A stretch of 64,000 bases of DNA from Octopus vulgaris (lineage: Eukaryota): NCBI GenBank assembly GCA_951406725.2, contig OX597825.1, positions 25,792,001-25,856,000 on the forward strand, given 5' to 3'. Numbering within the stretch: position 1 is the stretch's first letter; each line of letters starts with the position of its first letter. The position numbers were made by a program, and so were the translations under genes. Below, one piece after another: positions 53,702-64,000 of this stretch. The notes beneath the pieces were generated by a model that was not told the origin of the DNA, searched no databases, and saw only the letters and a list, made by a program, of their open reading frames with translations.

Positions 53702-55139
53702 TATTTTATGTACTTATAATTTTTTAAACGAAGTTTCAGAATAATGTAATAATATCGAATTTTGACAGAAATGTGTAACGGCAGAATTAACAAGAGTTTG
53801 AAGTGATCATATCAGTAAAAGCCATCTTCTATTTTCAATTAGCAAGATATTTTAAATATTTTAAATAGTTTTTGTTGTAATTACGTGAATCAATATTAAT
53901 TCAGATTCATTACAATATATCTGTACTATAAAAAAAAAATCATAGACTTTTTGGTAAATATAATGAATTCAGTACTGTTAGCATAATGACTAACTTTGAC
54001 CAGTGGCCTCGAGAAAAAGAATGCTACTGATCTGGTGCAGTCGAACACAGGAATGCAAATAATGCTTGCATTCAACACATTTTCATACGTATTCTAGACA
54101 TCTCTCTGCATCCATTCCTTCTTAAAGATGATCTATGTATATTCGTTCAATAGGAAACCCTATATATTAGGTTGTCGGTTAAAAAGCAATTGGGCAAATG
54201 CTTTAACAGGAAAGCAAAGGTATGATCAAAGTCACTGATATAAATGTTGGCTACCGAAAAATTAAAGAGACCATCGACATCAAATGCGTGAAACCGGAGA
54301 TTAACAATCCCTATGAGCGCTGTGTCCTTTACTGCTTGATTTCATCTCCAAAGTCGCAATGACTTTCTTTTGTAGTGTTCTATTCTTTTATTCCATATCA
54401 CCATTTTCCCGCTCTTTGTTTCCGTGCTGAGAACTTGAAATACCAAAATGCATTCCTTTTAATCATTCGCTTTGGATATTTTACAATATTATACACCCCA
54501 CTACGACAGGAATAAAAATAAAAGATATATCTCTGCAAGCGATGAAAAGAAGTTCTTTCAATGTCACTGATCATAGGGGTATAGTTCGTAATATATCAAT
54601 GCGGTACTCACTCGTATGAGTATCTACATATATGCTTCAACGCTTGCATATACCCGCACGCAAATACACATACGTTCTTATGCCCATACATATTTAGGCA
54701 TATATGCTTACGCGTGTGCCTTACCTATCTATATAATTATGTGTATGTATTGAATGGTGTCTGTGCATAGTGTGTGTGCATGGTGTATGTGTGTGCGTAA
54801 GCCAAGTCATTTGGTTTGGGCGTTGTACAAACGATCATAAAGTGGTGGATTTCATTTCTGGAGGGAGCAAGAAATGATTTTTTTTTTAGCAGGCATTTCC
54901 GTTCATTTCGTTTCCAGTCTACTCAATTGAAAACAAGTACTAGTCGATGTTCCGCTAAGTCAAAGCTGGGAGCGTTAGAGAGTATCTATGTCTTCAGGCA
55001 TGCGCATAGAACGATAAGCGGAAGCATGGCACAAGATACCGGCTCACACCAACTTGCGAGTAACTGTTAAGCATCATATGCTTCCATATCTATATATCTG
55101 AGATTCTATGTATGTGTGTGTATTTCTATGCATATCTAC

Positions 55140-55214
<75 letters not shown>

Positions 55215-55884
55215 CACCTGTCTGTCTGTCTGTCTCCCTCTCTATCTATATACATACACACATACACACATGTATGAAAATAAATGGCCCTTTAAAAGTA
55301 GAAATGCATATGAAATCTATTGCTTTACTTAGAATAGCATTAGCTATTGCAATTTTGAATGTTAATGTTCCATTCTTTGATTATACACAGCTCAAATGTT
55401 TTAGGTTTCAATTTTGGAATTCGTTTTCCGCCGTATTTTGCAGGTGTAGTAAAATGTTCTTTCTTTTATCTCTTCTGTCGTTGAAATCAGATACCTTTCA
55501 ATCTAGATTTTACCTTCGGGAAAAAATGTTTGCAGCGACAAAATTTGGCAACTAAGCTGTCTGGTGGAAGAAAATCATTTGTTGTTGTACCAAAAAGATA
55601 GCAACAACGAATGGCGAGTGAGCAGGTGCGTTTTCATACTGTAGCAGTCAAATTATTTTTCTCTAAGTTCAATGTTTCTTCCTTTGTAATTCATTTCCTA
55701 AAAGTATAAAGAAATCAAAGTGAAAGTCTTTGTTGATTTTTCTCACCTTCTGGAACTAGCTCCTGATGAGCAATACTTTTGTAGTCAACAGAAAAATATA
55801 TACAATTCCTTCGCATTTAGTCACGGCCTTGATTATCCTGCCAACAATGGTAGCTGCCTTGTTTTTCGAAACCGTAGATGTACA

Positions 55885-56230
55885 CTCATGCTAGAATTAG
55901 CCTTCCTATTCGCCTTTCTAGGGTCGATAAAACGAAGTACTAGTCAAGTGTTGGGGTCATTTAATATCGATTAATCCTCAACTCTTAAGATTGCTGCACT
56001 TGGGTCTAAATTAGAAACCATGATTATATTTCTGTATCAGAATGGGTCTTTGGCAGAATCATTTGCGCGTGCCTCAAAATACCCCTGGTTCTTCCGGCCC
56101 TGAAATCTCAGAAGGAATCAAGTATGACTTTCAAATCTTTCAGGTCGATTAAATAAAGTACCAGTTAGGTGCTGCGATCAATATTTAGTGTCGACTAATC
56201 CTTTCCTAAAAAATCACTCTCCGTGTAGTT
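55885..56230 (+). mobile_element. Two very old family A SINE remnants in tandem
   Basis: gggtcgataaaacgaagtactagt (55921) and caggtcgattaaataaagtaccagtt (56141). Confidence 0.6.
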
Positions 56231-57604
56231 AATAAAGAAACAGCTGTGTGTATATGCTCATCGCTTTTATTGGTAAACTTTTTCGTGATGTTATGTTCAT
56301 ATATTAGAAAAGATTACGAGATCAACTGTTAAAATTCTAATCTATCGAAGTGTGTAAATGTTATAACATATAAACCTTAGCAAATCAACAACAAAGCTAT
56401 TATATGCATTATTCATATTTTATCGTGCTTAAAGTGTGAAAGGAGACTATAAATACCTAAACTTAGATCCGCATAAGCCTAGAATAGAACTCTGTATGTG
56501 GATTTTGTACCAATAAGAACTTGCAAATAAACCTCCCTCAAAATAGTACTATTCTTTTTCTTCCTTTTTCCGTTCCGTAGTGTACTTGTACTTTGGTTTT
56601 TACTCGAACCATGCCACTAGTATTATATATTTTGTTTTCACCAGAAAAGATTATGAACCCCTCATTCATGGCTCACACAGGTCGTTTTGGAGGAGAAATA
56701 GATGCAGTGACGATCAATGTATCTCGACAGCCCTTCATGGGCGACTGTTATACAAGAAACCGAAAGTGAGAGAGAGAGAGAGGAGAAAAAGCAAGAGATA
56801 AAGGGGACAACTTGTGCCACTGCCTGGTAGTCTATTGGCAGATGCTGTCGGAAATATGAAAGACAAACTCTGAGTGTGACTTGAACTCACGATGCACCGA
56901 CTTGGAGCTAGCAATAATTCGCTGCACTGAAATCCCATCATATCGTCATGAAAAAAAAAATGCTAAACATTTGACAATTTAGTTCTAGATATACAAAAAT
57001 ATGCGACATTCAAAATTAGATTAACTGCAATAATAATGACTTAACCCGTATCACACATATGTTGGCTTCTGGCACTTCGAATTTCTAATTATGAAAGATT
57101 ATCTCACCTTACATCTGAATTTATTGAATCAATTTTCCTTCCTTAGGTCTGTGATACACGGGGAGGTTAAATACTCTATCACATTAAGAGGAACATCTAA
57201 CGAGTAGGAAAATTGCTAACATTTTGTTTTAACTATAACTTTCAGCTTTACAATTTTTATGTCTCCATTTTGATCTTAGTTTAAATTTTCACAGACGTCG
57301 TTCACATTTAACGCCAGTTTATACCATTTCGTCGTCGTTCCAGTTGCAATTAATTCGATTTCGTTTGATACACTCCTTCACTGACGTCATTACCCGGCAC
57401 AGTTCAATAACAGCGTTGTTCTTTGCACTTTAGACGAGACGCAGCTTGCCAACAGGCAGAGTGGCTTCGCTTTTAGTTTTCAGTATTATTTAAATGTGAC
57501 ATGTTAAAATAAATAAGGAACGGTGTATAACAAATGAAAGCCAATCAGAAAACCACCGAGCTAATAAACGAAAACAAGACAAGAACAACTGTTAAATGGA
57601 GAAC

Positions 57605-57781
57605 TATGATGATGATGATGATAATAATAATATTAATAATAATAATAATAATAATAATGATAATAATAATAATAATAATAATAGTAGTAGTAATAATAAT
57701 AATAATAAGAAGAAGAACAGTAGTAGTAATAATAATAATAATAATAATAAAATAATAATAATAATAATAGTAGTAGTTGTA

Positions 57782-57875
<94 letters not shown>

Positions 57876-57970
57876 TGATGATGATGAGGATAATGATGAT
57901 TACTACTACAGTAGTAGTAGTAATAATAATAATAATAATAATAAAAATAATAATAATAACAGTAGTAGTA

Positions 57971-58024
<54 letters not shown>

Positions 58025-58102
58025 GTAGTAATAATAATAATAACAGTAGTAGTAATAATAATAATAAAAATAAAAATAATAATAATAATAGTAGTAGTTG
58101 TA

Positions 58103-58181
<79 letters not shown>

Positions 58182-58225
58182 TAATAATAATAAAAAAATA
58201 ATAGTAATGATTATTATTATTATTA
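57605..58225. repeat. About 620-bp compound (TAA)n/(TAG)n/(TGA)n array with higher-order internal duplication
   Basis: The block aaaataataataata..gtagtagttgtagtaataa...atgataa recurs at about 57749 and 58073. Confidence 0.95.
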
Positions 58226-59199
58226 ACTGAATAAAAATAAAATAATAAAGGCTAGAATTCGATTTTTTCAGCGTTACAGATCAATAATCTGATCAGAGTT
58301 AAAAGCTGTGAGGACATTCAGGTGGCAGTCACTTTTTGAGTAAAATAAATTTTATTTCTTTTTTTAAACAAGTTTTCTATTCTGCTTTGTCAGTATTTTG
58401 TCAGATTCAACAGGCTGAAGGGGCATAGATAAAATAGAGTAACGTAATTGTTATGTTTAACTCGATAGCAAAATAAAGTAAGATTGTTTTCTGAGAGAGG
58501 TGTTTAAATTTAATGTCGGTTAAAGAGAGGTTGTCAAAGCGGTTGCATCCTCGCACCTGGACACAACACTTTTGTAATAATACATGTTGAATGTTGTTGG
58601 GTTTCACATCAGCACTTCCAATTTTGTTTTTCATGTGATTTATATAATTCCTTTCTCTCTTTCCCCACTCGCACGCACGCACAAGCACATATTTATTCTT
58701 ATCTGACAAGAATTGGCGATTGTTACCATTAACTGGCATCCAACGTTATGACAGCTGGCAGAACGAATATTCAAATGTTCGAATGTCAGAACGGAAGCAG
58801 TAAATCCTGTGGCTTCCTTCTGAATCCGTACAAAATACTCTTTATTTTTTACAGCATACAAGAAGCATGTGACATTCTATTAGTTTTTTTCTTTCTTTAG
58901 ACTACATTAGGAACGTAATGTAGTCGCATTAACATGAGAAATGTGGTTGTGGTCTTCACAAACAGAATAAATAACGACTCAAATAAAAAAAAATAAATAA
59001 AAATAAATAAATAAATGAGTCTCCATGTGATTGCAAAAGCTGTTACAGATAGAAGTAAACATCCCTCGAATGACATTCTACCGTTTTAAAGAACGGTGCT
59101 TCCTTTGAGTTCATTAGATAATGCATTCCAAGAATTAAACAAAAATAATAGAAACACTTTGTTAAATGGAAGTTAATTATTTATTACGGGGATGGTCCA

Positions 59200-59740
59200 A
59201 AGTTGTAATACATTGAGTAATTGACGTGCACAGGGTCTGAACGAATGCTAGGGTAATTTTGAACCATTCTTCAAGTAAAGCTGCTTTAGTTCTTTCAGCG
59301 ACGATGGCAGAAGAAACTGACTTATTATTTGCTCTTCAGAAATGCCCCAGAATTGTTCGACTATACTGAGACCCGTTGATTGTGTGGCCAACAGAAGCGG
59401 CCAACTTCACTCGTGTACATTTCATACGAATTTTGAATACTATTAGCTCTGTGGATCGTGCATGAGCTTCCTGGAAGATAGGAAACAATGTTCGTATAAT
59501 TTGATGAATATGATAATTCCCGCCGTTACCTCTGCCAGGTAAAACAATTTAGATAAGAAAGAGAATTCTTTGATTCAAATCAGCACAGAAACGGCGGAGG
59601 CAAAACTGTCAAGATTGAAGGCGTCTTTAGATGGTCTCGTGACATAAACTGATACTGAAATAGGAAATAAAGTGAATGTTGATTGATCAAAGATGATAGT
59701 GTTCCGTTGTGCCATTGACCACTTCCCTACTTCCTTAATT
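59200..59740 (-). mobile_element. Decayed Tc1-family DDE transposase remnant
   Basis: Minus strand: IIFDQSTFTLFP..VYVTRP (cf. FSDESxF), IFQEAHA/HRA (cf. FQxDNAPxH), WP..STGLSIVEQFWGI (cf. WPxxSPDLNPIExxW), PSSLKEL..LLEEWFKI. Confidence 0.8.
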
Positions 59741-59994
59741 GTGGGCGAAATGAGTCTAAGTATATACTCTACAATCAGGTTCCATGAAGATGAACAATAT
59801 TCATTGACTACCTTAATTATATTCTTGTCTGTAACTCTACGAAATTTACTTTATCTCACATAAAGTAATTGTATTTTAAATGTTTGAATTTTTGTGTATT
59901 TTATTCAGGTTTAATCATATTATGGGACGTTTAAATCATTTGACAGCATCTTACTTCAACTACATAAAAATTGATTAAGCTATACGAATGTATA

Positions 59995-60434
59995 GGCGCA
60001 GGAGTGGCTGTGTGGTAAGTAGCTTGCTAACCAACCACATGGTTCCGGGTTCAGTCCCACTGCGTGACATCTTGGGGAAGTGTCTTCTGCTATGGCCCCG
60101 GGCCGACCAATGCCTTGTGAGTGGATTTGGTAGACGGAAACTGAAAGAAGCCTGTCGTATATATGTATATATATATGTATATATATATATATAAGTGTGT
60201 GTGTGTGTATATGTTTGTGTGTCTGTGTTTGTCCCCCTAGCATTGCTTGACAACAGATGCTGGTGTGTTTACGTCCCTGTCACTTAGCGGTTCGGCAAAA
60301 GAGCCCGATAGAATAAGTACTGGTCTTACAAAGAATAAGTCCCGGGGTCGATTTGCTCGACTAAAGGCGGTGCTCCAGCATGGCCGCAGTCAAATGACTG
60401 AAACAAGGAAAAGAGTAAAAGAGAGTAAAGAGTA
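59995..60434 (+). mobile_element. SINE family B, full length, young
   Basis: GGCGCAGGAGTGGCTGTGTGG head; tail aaagagtaaaagagagtaaagagt. Confidence 0.93.
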
Positions 60435-61801
60435 TTGATGAAGTTTAAACTCAGATTGAGAAACATGTCGCCAAGACGACTGGATCAATAAACGTTATGT
60501 GAGCCAGTCAGGTACGTCGGTGGTAAACTGGAACTTGCACGATATACATTTTGAAAGGAAGAGAAAAAGAGTGTAGTATATGTCTATACCGTGACAATTA
60601 GTTGTTTTGTATATCAAATATTTCAGTCAAATATTTCAGTACAATATTTCCCGTAGCTATTAGGTTGGATGGATTCCATTTTCTATTAAAGCCTTGATTT
60701 CTGGCCCATGTAATATTTACCTGTCATCTTCTGAGAGTTGTAAAGCTAAAGTTAAAAATTTTAAGACCATATCTTAAAATAGTAAACTAGTCAATTTTTG
60801 CGTCAAGTAAAGATCGAATAATGCAGGGAATTATCAACTAATTTGTTAGATACAAGATATATTGTTGTCATAGAATATTACATGCGAGGAAATTATTTTT
60901 GCCCGTCACAAACTCATTAAGACCCGGCAACAATAGTTCGATCCTAGTAATGCACAGCACAGATACATTTATAAAATATTAATATATTACTCGCTTTCGT
61001 TGATAGAAGCATTACAACTATCTTTCTGACTTCAGAATAAGCTCGAAAACAAATGCCGTGAGTGGTAAAAATCAATTTCGAAATAAAAGCCAATATTGTG
61101 AACTTTCCATTAACACATAAATAATATTTATCCGAGATAGTCAAGTCAAAGCTCATAGCTTAAAACGTACCGCATTATATTGTCTTATGTCTTTGCTTAA
61201 ATTACATTACACTAATTCGTTCAGTGACATTACCAAGATAAAATATGTATTATGTCCATTTTATTGCACAATGATTGACAGTAAATATAACAACTAGCCA
61301 AAAGCAACCGGGTCAATGCAATAACAGATACAGCCGTAGGAATATATTATGTGTTTGGTTAATGCACAAAAAGTCCGCAGATTGTTGAGCAGATATGATA
61401 ATGGTTGAACATCCTAACGTTTGACGCAGTATTATAGGTTACGACACTCAGTTTTGAACTTCTCAGCATATCATAGTGATAATAGGAACCAGATGTCAAA
61501 TTCTGAGGGAACATCATATGATTATTGGATTTCTTTCTTATTTTTTATATATATAATCATATCGTACATGCACTGTATGCATATAACTACGTCTAAATAT
61601 GTATATGTGTATATATACATATTCGTACAATTTTGTGTTGGTTTTCCTATGTTAAGTATGTATATAAGCATGTCTATATATATATGTGGGCATATCTCTG
61701 CAGACCTTGTAAGTGTATATGTATGTATGTATGTATGTATGTATGCATGTACGTTATATATCTAAGTATGAACTATATATGTATTTATGTTTGTAATTAT
61801 A

Positions 61802-61887
<86 letters not shown>

Positions 61888-62268
61888 TTTGTATACGTAC
61901 GTGTGTGTCTGCGCGTATATGTATATATTTGTCTATGTATGTCTGCATATGTATCTAAATGCTTTTAAATACACATATTCTAGGTTTTTATGTCCTTAGT
62001 TGCTCTTTTCTCGCCTGTTTATTCTCTGTCAACACCCTTTTCTCCTCTCTAATTTATCCTTTTATCAGAACACCAACTCTACGCACATGGAATATTCCTT
62101 ACTATCCCTCCTCTCCCAACTTGCTCACTCCGACCACATCTCCTATATTTGAAAACATTGAACGTGTTTGACTTCTTCTCAATGTATTCCTTATTGCCTT
62201 CTACCTTTTCTCTCTTTCCCTCCCTTTTAGTATGCACAGGCGTGTGTTCACGTGTATGCGTCTGTGTC

Positions 62269-62362
<94 letters not shown>

Positions 62363-62395
62363 GTATGTGTGTGTGTTTGTTTACGCATATATACT

Positions 62396-62590
62396 TTTTT
62401 TTCACTCCTTTTTTTTCTCACCTTTTTTCTCTCCTTGTTTCTCTCCTTGTTTTTTCTGCGTCCCTTTCTCTAGAAGAGCGTAGGCTCGAAACATAAAAGA
62501 CTTTTTCTATTTCTGAGCCTTACACTAATACATCTGTTTGTTTTGTACACCACCTGTCTTCGTCTTTTGTTTTTTTCGTTAACTCTCCTT
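62396..62590 (+). mobile_element. Solo Penelope-type terminus with decayed hammerhead-like motif (62468-62495)
   Basis: gucccuuuCUCUAGAAGAGCGUAGGCUCGAAACAUAaaagac; aligns with 27007-27183. Confidence 0.7.
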
Positions 62591-63080
62591 ACATTATATA
62601 ATATATGTGTGTATGCGTGTGTCTGTTATTGTGTGTGTGTGTTTTGTATACCTATACTCTCATTGATAAACTTATTTACTCTTTCTCTACATCAGGGTAT
62701 ACCCATCACTGTCCATATTTCAGAATTGATCTTATCCTAATTACAGAAGGAGCTCCTGGATTTCACCCGACCCACACTTGCTTTCTTATCGGTAATTCTT
62801 TCTTTGTGTATATGCATAAAAGTTGTTGTTTGACCAAAATAAACTGGACTTCATGTTTGAGGGCATCGATGAATCTATCAAGTGTTTCTCTGGCACTCAA
62901 CTGTGAATCGATCGCATTTGATAGAAGAAACAGCCGTAAGTTTATAATGGTTATAAAATAATCGTTTATTACTTTGTCACCTTGTTTGCTTATAACGGCG
63001 CTGTATTCCAGTAACGTATCGTTCTCAAGAAAACCTATATTGATTTCTACACCAGGTTATTAGTAATGCGATGCCTAAGC

Positions 63081-63217
63081 GGAATATGGAGTAACTGTGT
63101 GGTTAGTAGCTTGCTTCCCAACCACATGGTTCCGCGTTCAGTCCCACTTGTACTATAGCCTTTGGCCGACCAAGGCCTTGTGAGTGGCTTGGGTAGACGG
63201 AAACTGAGAGAAGACCA

Positions 63218-63221
<4 letters not shown>
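63081..63221 (+). mobile_element. SINE family B, 5' half with internal deletion
   Basis: ctgtgtggttagtagcttgcttcccaaccacatggttccgcgttcagtccca, followed by (AT)n. Confidence 0.85.
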
Positions 63222-63274
<53 letters not shown>

Positions 63275-63313
63275 TATATATATGCATATATATATAAATA
63301 TATATATATATAC

Positions 63314-63361
<48 letters not shown>

Positions 63362-64000
63362 GTGTGTGTGTGTGTGAGACTGTGTGTATTTATATATATA
63401 TATATATATATATATCTGTCTCTGCGTATATGTAAGTGTAGTATGTGCGTGCGTGAATGTGTGAGACATTGCGTGTATCATATAGTCTGATTCTTCTTGG
63501 TTACTTGACTTGAGCGAAACAGAAAAAAAAACTTCTAAGTGTAACAGACGGCGAATATCCTTTGCAACGGTAAAATCATATTTTCATAGTTTAGCGAGAG
63601 TGAGTAATTGAGGACGTTGTTAATTCGCGTTCTCTTAGGTCACTTGAAAATTACCTTAATCTAATAAGGTGTGGTGCCATTACGAAAAAAAAAAATGGAA
63701 TGTTGCCATTTTACAGTAAATCTATTGTAATGTTATTAATAACCTCACTGTAGTTTCGATTTGATTATTTATACACACATACATATATACAAATATATAT
63801 ATATATAGATAGATATAGATATGTATGTGTATGTATGTATATATGTGTGTGTGTGTTTATATTTCCACCTTTATGTGCACACACACAGATACACGCTGAC
63901 ATATACGTGCATAATATATATATATATACCTATATATATGTGTGTGTATAAATGCGTATAAATATATGCGTATATATATATACATAGATATATATGTATA

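Noticed and set aside
56645-56770. Possible exon after ttttgttttcaccag with a 38-aa ORF
   Set aside because: Weak donor and no recognisable product; insufficient support.
57596-58201. 201-aa poly-Asn/Ile ORF
   Set aside because: (TAA)n array read in a non-stop frame.

Overview
AT-rich, microsatellite-dense animal genomic DNA with no recognisable intact protein-coding gene. Almost all ORFs in the track are translations of simple repeats or SINEs. The SINE families and the density of (AT)n/(TATC)n/(TAA)n tracts suggest an octopod cephalopod (Octopus-like) intron or gene desert; this is inferred from sequence recognition, not from a search. The window holds decayed mobile elements: three R4/Dong-type RLE retrotransposon fragments, a near-full-length RTE LINE, a Tx1/L1 RT fragment, CR1-like remnants, two Penelope GIY-YIG remnants, a Tc1 transposase remnant, a Tigger-like MITE and over 25 tRNA-derived SINE copies from 3-4 modular families. 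The most interesting signals are RNA-structural. They are several minimal type-I hammerhead-like motifs with non-canonical cores in Penelope-type termini, a fold-back element carrying two opposed hammerheads, a hammerhead core upstream of the RTE ORF, and a head-to-tail SINE array with a recurring spacer. Boundaries of decayed elements are approximate.
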